A stretch of 64,000 bases of DNA, from NCBI GenBank assembly GCA_904381285.1, contig CAJFII010000006.1:5801-69800 (forward strand), written 5' to 3'. The position numbers were made by a program, and so were the translations under genes. Numbering within the stretch: the first letter of the stretch is position 1; each line of letters begins with the position of its first letter. The notes beneath the pieces are model-generated. The model did not search any database. It was given only the letters and a program-made list of their open reading frames with translations, and was not told where the DNA came from. The DNA is from an uncultured Clostridia bacterium (GTDB taxonomy: Bacteria > Bacillota > Clostridia > TANB77 > CAG-508). Positions 27,576 through 36,400 of the stretch are shown one piece after another.

Positions 27576-28451
27576 ATGGACAATGAAAATACACAGTTAC
27601 TTTTAGATGCTATTAACAATACTATTAATAAAGCTGTTGATAGAGCTGTTAATAAGGCTGTTAATGAAACTATCGATAAAGCTGTTGATAAAGCAGTTAA
27701 CAATGCAGTTAATAAGGCTGTTGATAGAGCTGTTAACAAGTCCGTTAATGAAATTATCGATAAAGCAGTTAATAGGGCTGTTAGTAAAGCTGTCGATAAG
27801 GCATTTAACAAATTCAATGCACTTCTTAACTCTTTACGTGTTGAAATGAACACTAGGTTTAAAGCTATTGACGAAAGATTTGAGAGGCTTGAATCTGAAA
27901 TGAATGCTAGATTTAAGGCCGTTGATGAAAGATTTGAATCCATTGAAAGAAGATTAGATGCACACGATAAGAGATTCGATTCTATTGAAAAAAGATTGGA
28001 TGCACATGATAAGAGATTTGAATCTATTGAAAGAAAATTAGATGCACATGATAAGAGATTTGAATCTATTGAAAGAAAATTAGATGCACATGATAAGAGG
28101 TTTGACTCTATCGAAAAAAGATTGGATGCACATGATAAGAGATTTGACTCTATCGAAAGAAGATTGGATGCACATGATAAGAGATTTGACTCTATCGAAA
28201 GAAGATTGGATGCACATGATAAGAGATTTGAAAAAATAGAAAAACAATTAACTTCCTTAGAAAATATTGTTACAAGAATTGAAGCAGAACATGGTGAAAA
28301 AATTCAAATTCTATTTGAACAACTTTCTATTATTTCTGACAAGCTTGATCAAACACTAGAAAAGTTAGAAAAAATGAATAAAATACTAGAAGACCATGCT
28401 TTACGTATTGAAGTCTTAGAAGAAAAAGTTTTAAATTCAAAAATAAGCTAA
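27576..28451 (+). CDS. coiled-coil repeat protein of unknown function (291 aa)
   Basis: AGGAGG Shine-Dalgarno upstream of the ATG at 27576; the ORF track starts it at 27498. Almost the whole sequence is periodic. No signal peptide or TM segment seen. Confidence 0.7.
   Translation: MDNENTQLLLDAINNTINKAVDRAVNKAVNETIDKAVDKAVNNAVNKAVDRAVNKSVNEIIDKAVNRAVSKAVDKAFNKFNALLNSLRVEMNTRFKAIDERFERLESEMNARFKAVDERFESIERRLDAHDKRFDSIEKRLDAHDKRFESIERKLDAHDKRFESIERKLDAHDKRFDSIEKRLDAHDKRFDSIERRLDAHDKRFDSIERRLDAHDKRFEKIEKQLTSLENIVTRIEAEHGEKIQILFEQLSIISDKLDQTLEKLEKMNKILEDHALRIEVLEEKVLNSKIS
27615..27815 (+). repeat. in-frame 12-bp tandem array encoding about 16 copies of a 4-residue unit [N/D][K/R]AV
   Basis: NKAVDRAVNKAVNETIDKAVDKAVNNAVNKAVDRAVNKSVNEIIDKAVNRAVSKAVDKAFNKF. 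Confidence 0.85.
27954..28247 (+). repeat. in-frame 42-bp tandem array, 7 copies (LDAHDKRF[D/E]SIE[K/R][K/R])
   Basis: Near-identical DNA units. Two looser 18-aa copies of related units (EMN.RFKA.DERFE) precede the array. Confidence 0.9.
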
Positions 28452-28546
28452 AATATAATTTTAGCTTACTCTAAAGGTTTATTTTTTTCTGTTAGATAAA
28501 TCCCAGAAAATATATAATGAATTTATAGATTAATAGTTTGTCTTTT

Positions 28547-29614
28547 TTACATTTCATACATATATTTTATAAAATCTTTTTTTGCCTTTTCTAAATCTGT
28601 TACGTATAAATATGCCCCATTTTCAAGAATTTCCTTGCTATAATCTAATGATGGCAACATTACTGATGTTATATTATTTAAATAAGCATCTTTATTTGCA
28701 ATAAATTCTGGTAGCATTGCCATATATTTAGCAATATCTAAATTAGTCGTAACTTCAGATAATATCATATCTAATATTCTTGAAATTTCGCTTATATCTT
28801 TACTTGCAATTTTGTTTAACATAGATATAAATACTTCTCTTTGCCTAACAGTTCTTCCATAATCTCCATGCGTTTCACCACTTGAGGCTCCTGCTTTTCT
28901 TTCTTTTACATGTGCTGCTGCTTGTTCACCTGTTAATGTGACATTACCATATTGAGTAACTTTTTTAGTTTCTTTTCCAGAAAATTCGTAAAACATATCA
29001 ACATATTCGTTAATCCATCTCATTTCATCCTTTGTAATGTTTACCTCTACTCCTCCAAGTTCATTTATAATGTCATACATAGCAGAAATATTAATTGTTA
29101 CATATTCTTTTAAATTTAATCCAAATGTTTTATTAATGGTTTTTAAAGCTAATTGTTCTTTTCCTAATGCAAAAGCATAATTAATTTTATATCTATCTTC
29201 CACCCCATCAATATATGCCGCTGTATCACGTGGTATACTTATTAATTTAATACTTTTATATTTAGGGTTAATAGATATAATTATAATTGCATCACTATTA
29301 CCAGAATAAGTATCAGTCATATCTTTAGAATCAGAACCTAGAAGAACGAAATTAATTACGTCATCATATTCTTTTTTTGTAATTCCTTCCAGTTCATTGT
29401 ATAAACTTTCATTTATATCTAAATTATTTTCATCTAATTCTTGAAATTTTATTTTAGCAAGCTTGTCTCCTATAAACTTACTTACTAGAATAATTCCTGA
29501 TAATACAATAACTAAAAGTAGTATCAATACTACTTTTAGCCATTTACTTATTTTCTTCTTTGCTACATGTTTTGCATGTTTATTATTATTTTTTAAATCT
29601 TCTGTCTTTTCCAT
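28547..29614 (-). CDS. LytR-CpsA-Psr (LCP) family polymer-to-peptidoglycan ligase
   Basis: N-terminal TM segment, then the LCP core pattern (FVLLGSDS...SDAIIIISINP...ISIPRD). Confidence 0.85.
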   Translation of the reverse strand: MEKTEDLKNNNKHAKHVAKKKISKWLKVVLILLLVIVLSGIILVSKFIGDKLAKIKFQELDENNLDINESLYNELEGITKKEYDDVINFVLLGSDSKDMTDTYSGNSDAIIIISINPKYKSIKLISIPRDTAAYIDGVEDRYKINYAFALGKEQLALKTINKTFGLNLKEYVTINISAMYDIINELGGVEVNITKDEMRWINEYVDMFYEFSGKETKKVTQYGNVTLTGEQAAAHVKERKAGASSGETHGDYGRTVRQREVFISMLNKIASKDISEISRILDMILSEVTTNLDIAKYMAMLPEFIANKDAYLNNITSVMLPSLDYSKEILENGAYLYVTDLEKAKKDFIKYMYEM

Positions 29615-29622
29615 ACTATCCT

Positions 29623-30870
29623 CTAATCTTCAACTTTATTAATTACTACTCCTGATATTTTACCATCTATATTTTCTATTGTAGTTTTCGCCTTTATAAT
29701 ATCCTCTGCTTTTGTTTTAGAATATTCTGCAACAATTACTACTGCATCAACAATACTTGCCCATCCTACTGAACTAATTTGTTTTAATATTGGTTCTCCG
29801 TCAATAATGATTATGTCAAATTGATTTTTTAATAATTCAATAATTTTAGATATTTTTTCTGAGATTAACATTTCTTCATCAATATGTACATCTCCACATG
29901 GAAGTACATATATATTGCTAATTGGTGATTGTTTTATTTTTTTGTTTATGTTTTCTAGTGAAATATCCTCCTCAGATAATAGGTTAGTTATCCCATCTTC
30001 ACTATCTATATTAAATATCTTATTTTCTATTCCTTTTTTAAAGTTAGAATCTATAATTAGAATATTTTTACCCGATTTTGAGTATCTAATAGCTAAATTA
30101 GAAACTACATAAGTAGTACCAGTTTCATAATCTGGACTTGTCACTAGAATTGATTTTGGTCTATGCACTTGTTTATTAAGTTCTATGTTTGTCATTATCT
30201 GTTTAACTTGTGCTATTATTTTATCATTCCTTGATATATATGCTTTAACCTTACTATTTGTTTTATTTTCTTTATTTATTTTTCCTAACAAGACTAATCC
30301 ATTATTTTCTACTGTTTTAAATATATTATCCTCTGAAAAAACTACTATAAAAATACAATATACTCCCGCTAAAATAAATCCTATACCTATAGAAACTATC
30401 ATATCTTTTACATGATTAACATTATATGGATTTTCAGATATTTGTGCTTGTTCAATTGTACTATATACTTTTATATCGTAAACATTTTCTAATCTTGTTT
30501 TTAATATTTCTTGATATTTATTAACTATATTTAATGCTTCTTTATTATCTGTTGAAGAAACAGATATTGTAAGTATTTTAGTATTTTTATCAAAACTAAC
30601 AGTAGCTTTCTCACTAATATAACTTCTTTGTACATTAAAATTACTTGCTACTTCGGCCATAATATCGTTACTTTTTACAAATTCTGAAATTGAAGCATCT
30701 GCCTTATCTATTAATATTTTACTAGTTGACTGATATATTGGTCTATTAATAATAAAAGTATAAACAAGACCTATTAATACACATGCAATTATTATTCCAA
30801 AAATAATTTTTCTCTTCTTCCAAGATATTTTAAGAGCTTGGATTAAATCTAGTTCCTCTTCATTATTCAT
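29623..30870 (-). CDS. Wzz-type chain-length determinant fused to a BY-kinase-like (CpsD/CapB-like) domain with degenerate Walker A
   Basis: Two TM segments flank a Wzz-like loop. The C-terminal domain aligns to CpsD, but the P-loop reads SPDYETGTTY (no GK[S/T]) and there is no C-terminal Tyr cluster. Confidence 0.7.
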   Translation of the reverse strand: MNNEEELDLIQALKISWKKRKIIFGIIIACVLIGLVYTFIINRPIYQSTSKILIDKADASISEFVKSNDIMAEVASNFNVQRSYISEKATVSFDKNTKILTISVSSTDNKEALNIVNKYQEILKTRLENVYDIKVYSTIEQAQISENPYNVNHVKDMIVSIGIGFILAGVYCIFIVVFSEDNIFKTVENNGLVLLGKINKENKTNSKVKAYISRNDKIIAQVKQIMTNIELNKQVHRPKSILVTSPDYETGTTYVVSNLAIRYSKSGKNILIIDSNFKKGIENKIFNIDSEDGITNLLSEEDISLENINKKIKQSPISNIYVLPCGDVHIDEEMLISEKISKIIELLKNQFDIIIIDGEPILKQISSVGWASIVDAVVIVAEYSKTKAEDIIKAKTTIENIDGKISGVVINKVED

Positions 30871-30890
30871 TAATTTCTCTCCTTATTTGT

Positions 30891-31859
30891 TTATTTTAAC
30901 CATTCTCTGTTATCTAAGTACCAGTCAATTGTTTTAACAATTCCATCTTCAAACTTTGTTTTTGGATACCAACCTAGTTCTTGTTTTATTTTGCTTGGAT
31001 CTATAGCATATCTATAATCATGTCCTTTTCTGTCTTCAACAAATTCTATCATATCTTCTGACATATTTAAATGTTTTAGTATTAATTTTACAATTTCAAT
31101 ATTTCTTTTTTCATTATGTCCGCCAATATTATATCTTTCACCTGCTCTACCATTATGAAATACTAAATCTATTGCTTCACAGTGATCTTCTACATATAAC
31201 CAATCTCTAATATTTTTTCCATCACCATACACAGGTAATTTTTTATTTTCTAATGCAAGTTTTATCATATGAGGTATTAATTTTTCATTATGTTGATATG
31301 GGCCATAATTATTAGAACAATTTGTTATACTCACATTCATTTTATATGTTTCAAAATATGCTCTTGCAATTAAATCTGAACTTGCTTTTGAAGCTGAATA
31401 TGGGCTGTTTGGTTTAATTGGTGTTTCTTCTGTAAAATACCCATCTTCACCTAATGTTCCATATACTTCATCTGTAGAAATATGAACAAATTTGTTTTTG
31501 CTTCCTTCTCCCCAAATTTGTTTTGCTACCTCCAATAAAGTATGTGTTCCAATCACATTAGTTTGTGTAAAAATAAATGGATTTTTTATACTATTATCAA
31601 CATGTGATTCAGCAGCAAAATGTATTACTCCATTAATATTATATTTTTCAAATACCTCTTTTACAAAAGGATAATCACAAATATCCCCTTGTACAAAAGT
31701 TATTTTATCCATTACCTTTTTTAGATTGTCCATATTACCAGCATATGTTAGTTTATCCAAAACTATGACATTATATTCTGGATATTTATTTACAAAATAT
31801 TCAGCAAAATTTGCACCTATAAATCCTGCAGCACCTGTTACTAATATATTATTACTCAT
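30891..31859 (-). CDS. rfbB: dTDP-glucose 4,6-dehydratase
   Basis: GAAGFIG Rossmann motif and YSASKASSD catalytic YxxxK. Sits in the rfb gene context. Confidence 0.9.
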   Translation of the reverse strand: MSNNILVTGAAGFIGANFAEYFVNKYPEYNVIVLDKLTYAGNMDNLKKVMDKITFVQGDICDYPFVKEVFEKYNINGVIHFAAESHVDNSIKNPFIFTQTNVIGTHTLLEVAKQIWGEGSKNKFVHISTDEVYGTLGEDGYFTEETPIKPNSPYSASKASSDLIARAYFETYKMNVSITNCSNNYGPYQHNEKLIPHMIKLALENKKLPVYGDGKNIRDWLYVEDHCEAIDLVFHNGRAGERYNIGGHNEKRNIEIVKLILKHLNMSEDMIEFVEDRKGHDYRYAIDPSKIKQELGWYPKTKFEDGIVKTIDWYLDNREWLK

Positions 31860-31928
31860 ATCTATTTCCCCCTACTATGCTTATTCTTATTTTTCTCTTT
31901 TTAATATCTTAATATTCATCAATTAATA

Positions 31929-32507
31929 TTATAAATTCTTAAATAAATCTGTTTGTTTTAATTCTTTTAAAGATGGCCATTTAGCATCTTTTTCAGAAGT
32001 TATCAAGTCTTCTTGTTTCATATCTCCAAAAGGCCACTTGATTGCTATATCTGGATCATTCCAGAAAAGTCCTCCTTCTGCTTCATGATTATATACATCA
32101 TCACATTTATATGTAAATTCAGCCTCATCAGATAGAACTAAAAATCCATGTGCAAATCCTCTTGGAATCATAAACATTTTTTTATTTTCTTCTGAAAGAA
32201 TAACCCCTTCCCATTTTCCATAAGTTTTGCTTCCGGGTCTTAAATCTACTGCAACATCAAATACTTCTCCCTTTATTACTCTTACCAATTTAGCTTGTGT
32301 ATTTTCTTTTTGAAAATGTAATCCTCTTAAAACACCTTTTTTAGATTTAGATTGATTATCTTGTACAAAATTATAGTTTAGACCTAATTCTTCAAAATCT
32401 GGTTTACTATATGTTTCCATGAAATATCCTCTATTGTCTCCAAAAACAGTAGGTTCAATAACATATACTCCTTCAATAGAAGTTTCAATTTTTTTAAATT
32501 TTCCCAT
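31929..32507 (-). CDS. rfbC: dTDP-4-dehydrorhamnose 3,5-epimerase
   Basis: Cupin-fold RmlC pattern (GDNRGYFMETY ... RGLHFQ ... GFAHGF). Confidence 0.9.
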   Translation of the reverse strand: MGKFKKIETSIEGVYVIEPTVFGDNRGYFMETYSKPDFEELGLNYNFVQDNQSKSKKGVLRGLHFQKENTQAKLVRVIKGEVFDVAVDLRPGSKTYGKWEGVILSEENKKMFMIPRGFAHGFLVLSDEAEFTYKCDDVYNHEAEGGLFWNDPDIAIKWPFGDMKQEDLITSEKDAKWPSLKELKQTDLFKNL

Positions 32508-32508
32508 T

Positions 32509-33399
32509 TTATTCTTCTCCTATCTTATTTTCTGCTAAATCTTTTAAAAATTTGCCATAATCTGTTTTTATTAATTTGTTTGCTATATTAGACAACTCTT
32601 CAGCAGTAATCCATCCTTTTCTATATGCAATTTCATCTGGCGAACATATTTGCATTCCCTGCCTTTTTTCAATTGTTTGTACAAAACTTGCAGTTTCTAA
32701 TAATGCATCATGTGTTCCAGTATCAAACCAAGTCATAGCTCTTCCTAATTTTTCTACCTTTAGCTTTCCACGTTTCATATATTCTTCATTTATTGATGTT
32801 ATTTCTAATTCTCCTCTTTCAGAAGGTTTTATTGTTTTTGCAATTTCTTTAACATCATTTGTATAGAAATATAACCCTGGTACTGCATAATGAGATTTTG
32901 GCTTTTCTGGCTTTTCTTCTATTGATACCGCATTTCCTTGTTTATCAATTTCAACAACTCCATATGCACGTGGATCTTTAACATAATAACCAAATATTGT
33001 TGATTCATCTTCTCTTTCATTTGCATGTTTTAGAATTTTAGAAAGATTATTTCCATAGAACATATTGTCTCCTAAAATCATTGCAACATTATCATCACCC
33101 ATGAAATCAGCACCAAGAATAAAAGCTTCTGCAAGTCCTGCTGGTTTTTCTTGAACTTTATACGTAAACTCCATTCCCCATTTAGAACCGTCTCCTAATA
33201 GCTCTTTAAAAGTAACTATATCCCTTGGTGTCGATATAATTAATACTTGGCGTATTTCTGCTTCCATTAAAACAGATAATGGATAATAAATCATTGGCTT
33301 ATCATATACAGGCATAATTTGTTTTGATATTGCAAGTGTTAATGGATATAACCTTGTAGCACTTCCACCAGCTAAAATAATTCCTTTACGATTTTTCAT
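32509..33399 (-). CDS. rfbA: glucose-1-phosphate thymidylyltransferase
   Basis: N-terminal KGIILAGGSATRLYPLT motif. 296 aa. Confidence 0.95.
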   Translation of the reverse strand: MKNRKGIILAGGSATRLYPLTLAISKQIMPVYDKPMIYYPLSVLMEAEIRQVLIISTPRDIVTFKELLGDGSKWGMEFTYKVQEKPAGLAEAFILGADFMGDDNVAMILGDNMFYGNNLSKILKHANEREDESTIFGYYVKDPRAYGVVEIDKQGNAVSIEEKPEKPKSHYAVPGLYFYTNDVKEIAKTIKPSERGELEITSINEEYMKRGKLKVEKLGRAMTWFDTGTHDALLETASFVQTIEKRQGMQICSPDEIAYRKGWITAEELSNIANKLIKTDYGKFLKDLAENKIGEE

Positions 33400-33434
33400 T
33401 ATTAAATTTCCCTTCTAATATTTTATATTATTTT

Positions 33435-34277
33435 CTATTTCAATTCTACTTTCAAGTATCTATCTAATGCATCTTCATAACTTGGTATATTAATTCCCTC
33501 TTTTAAAATTTTATCTTTTGAAAGTTGTGAATTTAATGGTCTTTTTGCAGGTCTTGGAAATTCTTCTGTTGTTACTGGATTTACTTTGCAAGAAATATTT
33601 GCTTTTTCAAAAATCAATTTTGTAAAATCATACCAAGTTGTAAAACCTTGATTTGTTGTATGATATACACCATATGGAATTCCCTTTTCAATTGCTTGGT
33701 GAATAATACTTGCTAAATCTACTGCATAAGTAGGACTACCATGTTGGTCTGCAACAACATTTAATTCGTCCTTTTCTTGTCCCAATTTTATCATAGTTCT
33801 TACAAAATTATTTCCATCACCATATAACCAAGCTGTTCTAAAAATATAATACTTAAAGCATGCATCTATAATATTTCTTTCACCTTCTAATTTTGTTATT
33901 CCATAAACTGTTACTGGATTTTTTTCTTCTTCTTCTGTATAAATTTCTTTTACATCTTTATCTCCACCGAATACATAATCTGTACTAATGTGAATTAATG
34001 TGCAATCTTCCTCATTAGCAGCTATTGCAAGATTTTTAGGCCCTTCTGCATTAACTTTTCTAGCAAGTTCTTCTTGTTCTTCAGCTTTATCAACAGCTGT
34101 ATAAGCAGCACAATTTATTATATATTCTGGCTTGTTTGCTTTAATAAATTGTCTTACTGCTTCTAAATTTGTAATATCTAGCTCTGCTACATCAGTTAAA
34201 ATTAACTCCTCATCTTTTAATTCATTTCTTACTGCTTTTGCAAGCATTCCATTAGCTCCTGTTACTAATATTTTCAT
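33435..34277 (-). CDS. rfbD: dTDP-4-dehydrorhamnose reductase
   Basis: MKILVTGANGMLA Rossmann motif and RmlD-like length, in the rfb context. Confidence 0.9.
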   Translation of the reverse strand: MKILVTGANGMLAKAVRNELKDEELILTDVAELDITNLEAVRQFIKANKPEYIINCAAYTAVDKAEEQEELARKVNAEGPKNLAIAANEEDCTLIHISTDYVFGGDKDVKEIYTEEEEKNPVTVYGITKLEGERNIIDACFKYYIFRTAWLYGDGNNFVRTMIKLGQEKDELNVVADQHGSPTYAVDLASIIHQAIEKGIPYGVYHTTNQGFTTWYDFTKLIFEKANISCKVNPVTTEEFPRPAKRPLNSQLSKDKILKEGINIPSYEDALDRYLKVELK

Positions 34278-34301
34278 AATTTTATACCCTCCTATTTTTT
34301 A

Positions 34302-34850
34302 TTATTCATTAGTTTCTGTTTCAAGTTCACTTGATTCCTTAATTCCTCTTTTATATCCATTTTTATACACAATATAATATGTTGTATAAATTAAAATTCC
34401 AACTACTGCACCAATAGAGTCAATAACCACATCTAAAACCTGTCCTGTTCTGCCACTCACAAAAGTTTGATGAATTTCATCTGATATAGCAAACCCAATA
34501 CTTACGACTAAAGCTAAAATTAAAGCTATCCAATAATGTTTGTTATTCATTAATACATTGAAAAAGACGATTGCAAAAAATGCCAAAACTAAATAAACCG
34601 ATGCATGCATTACCTTTCTCATTGGTGCATTAATTAATTGCGATACACGAGCCAATTTAGAATCTGTTGGGTGAGAATTTGTTATTCCATATTCATTTGT
34701 TACTTCTAATGTATCTTCAATAAATATGGCTATTATATCTGTACTTTTTCCATTAGAATTTTGTGTATTCATACTAGAAAGTTTATATATTCCAGCACCC
34801 CATAGGACAACAAGTACTAATAAGAAAATAGATAAAATTACCTTTTTCAA
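34302..34850 (-). CDS. VanZ-like family membrane protein
   Basis: KVMHASVYLVLAFF and SDEIHQTFVSGRTGQVLDVVIDSIGA are typical VanZ motifs. Confidence 0.8.
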   Translation of the reverse strand: MKKVILSIFLLVLVVLWGAGIYKLSSMNTQNSNGKSTDIIAIFIEDTLEVTNEYGITNSHPTDSKLARVSQLINAPMRKVMHASVYLVLAFFAIVFFNVLMNNKHYWIALILALVVSIGFAISDEIHQTFVSGRTGQVLDVVIDSIGAVVGILIYTTYYIVYKNGYKRGIKESSELETETNE

Positions 34851-34861
34851 ACTCTCAACTC

Positions 34862-36400
34862 CTATCTTATTTTAAATTTTAGATTATTAAACTTGTCTTT
34901 TAATAATTTACTTGCCAAATATTTAAACTCTTTAGTTTTATAAAATTTCACAAACATAATTATATTTGGAATAATTATACAAATGATTAATTTTATAAAT
35001 AGTTGTATATATTTATTGTCTAAGTTAACTGTTAAGCTTATTGTATATACTAATACAAAAATTATTATTAATATGATGAACTCTTTTATATTATTAAGGA
35101 AATATTTTTTTACATCTTTATTAAAGAAATCTTTAAATAGAATTTTAGGTTCATACCATACATTGCTACAAATTCTTGCTAAGGCTGTAGCCAATAATAT
35201 TCCAAATATTCCCCATATTTTTCCCAATATAACTGAAAAAATTATATTCAATACTGCAGCTACCAACATTATATTTTTTGTTCTTTTAAATAAGTCTGTT
35301 GTATTTCTAAAACACCAAATTGGATATAACATTCCCCTTATGTAGAAATTAACTGCCGAAATCAAAACAACAGAATATTCCAACAAATAATCTTTTCCAG
35401 CCCATAACTGTATAAAATCTTGAAATAGTATACAAAAACAAATTGAAGAAAAACCATATATCCATGTAGCTATCATATTAAGTACTTTAAATAATTGATA
35501 CTGGCTTTCAGCATCTTTTTCTGTATTATAATTTCCTATGCTAGAATTTATTGCTGTAAATAATATTGCTATGGTTGTTTCTATAGCTGAAATTATCATA
35601 AAATAGTTAGAATATAAACCAACTAATGCTGTTCCACATATGATAGATATAATAATATTATCTGTATTATTTAAAATTACTCCTCCAACTTGATACAAAA
35701 ACATAGATTTTACATTTTGGAATATAGATTTTTTTTCTTTTTTGTCTAATTCTCTTTTTTCTTTTATATATGGATATTTATTTTCAGCAATTTTTGAGTT
35801 AATATAATTAGTTAAAATCGAAACCAAAAGTTGGATTATTAAATATATTAAATAATTCTTAAAAAATATTAGTGATAATATCTGTAAGCCAGCTCTTACT
35901 ATTATTGAAATACTATTTACGATTTTTAAAATGTACTCGTTTTGATCTGCTGTAACTATGGAAGTTTTATATATTAGAAAATACGATGCTACCGTGTTTA
36001 ATAAAAATAATACATAATATAACACTATATTAGACATATCTTCTTGTACATTTACTATTATATTTAAAAATGGAATAATTGAAATTCCTAGTATAAGTAC
36101 ACATATACCAATAAAAGAATAGATTTTTTTATAAAAATAATTTATCTTTATTAGTTTATCAATATCATTTTCTTTTAGTGGTTTATACATACTATATACA
36201 ATTGCACTACCTATCCCTAGTTCTGCTAATGATAATACTGATAATATGTTGCTGTATAATCCATTAATACCTAAATATTCTGATGATAAAGTTTTTATAA
36301 AAACTGTTCTAACAATAAAATTAGCTAATACTGTTATGACTTGATAAATTACTCCAAATAATATGTTTTTTTTTGATTTTAGTACTCTCGACTGACTCAT
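34862..36400 (-). CDS. polysaccharide flippase (Wzx/MOP superfamily)
   Basis: 512 aa with about 12-14 TM segments and the N-terminal pattern typical of Wzx-type exporters. Sits in the cps context. Confidence 0.75.
   Translation of the reverse strand: MSQSRVLKSKKNILFGVIYQVITVLANFIVRTVFIKTLSSEYLGINGLYSNILSVLSLAELGIGSAIVYSMYKPLKENDIDKLIKINYFYKKIYSFIGICVLILGISIIPFLNIIVNVQEDMSNIVLYYVLFLLNTVASYFLIYKTSIVTADQNEYILKIVNSISIIVRAGLQILSLIFFKNYLIYLIIQLLVSILTNYINSKIAENKYPYIKEKRELDKKEKKSIFQNVKSMFLYQVGGVILNNTDNIIISIICGTALVGLYSNYFMIISAIETTIAILFTAINSSIGNYNTEKDAESQYQLFKVLNMIATWIYGFSSICFCILFQDFIQLWAGKDYLLEYSVVLISAVNFYIRGMLYPIWCFRNTTDLFKRTKNIMLVAAVLNIIFSVILGKIWGIFGILLATALARICSNVWYEPKILFKDFFNKDVKKYFLNNIKEFIILIIIFVLVYTISLTVNLDNKYIQLFIKLIICIIIPNIIMFVKFYKTKEFKYLASKLLKDKFNNLKFKIR

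Noticed and set aside
27485-27943. 152-aa minus-strand ORF (LTALLTALSTALL...) opposite the coiled-coil gene
   Set aside because: It is the mirror image of the 12-bp periodic coding repeat on the plus strand. It has no Shine-Dalgarno sequence and a low-complexity Leu/Thr/Ala/Ser composition. The plus-strand gene has a strong Shine-Dalgarno and a coherent coiled-coil sequence.
27954-28247. Tandem 42-bp repeats considered as a possible CRISPR-like array
   Set aside because: The repeats are directly contiguous with no spacers, stay in frame within a long ORF, and have no cas genes nearby. This is a coding tandem repeat.
36366-36374. Poly(T)9 (poly-A on the coding strand) near the 5' end of the wzx flippase, and 8-nt A/T runs in other cps genes, as phase-variation switches
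   Set aside because: A/T homopolymers of 8-9 nt are frequent throughout this very AT-rich sequence, mostly as Lys codon runs. There is nothing specific to contingency loci, and both observed frameshifts are at CCG sites rather than homopolymers.
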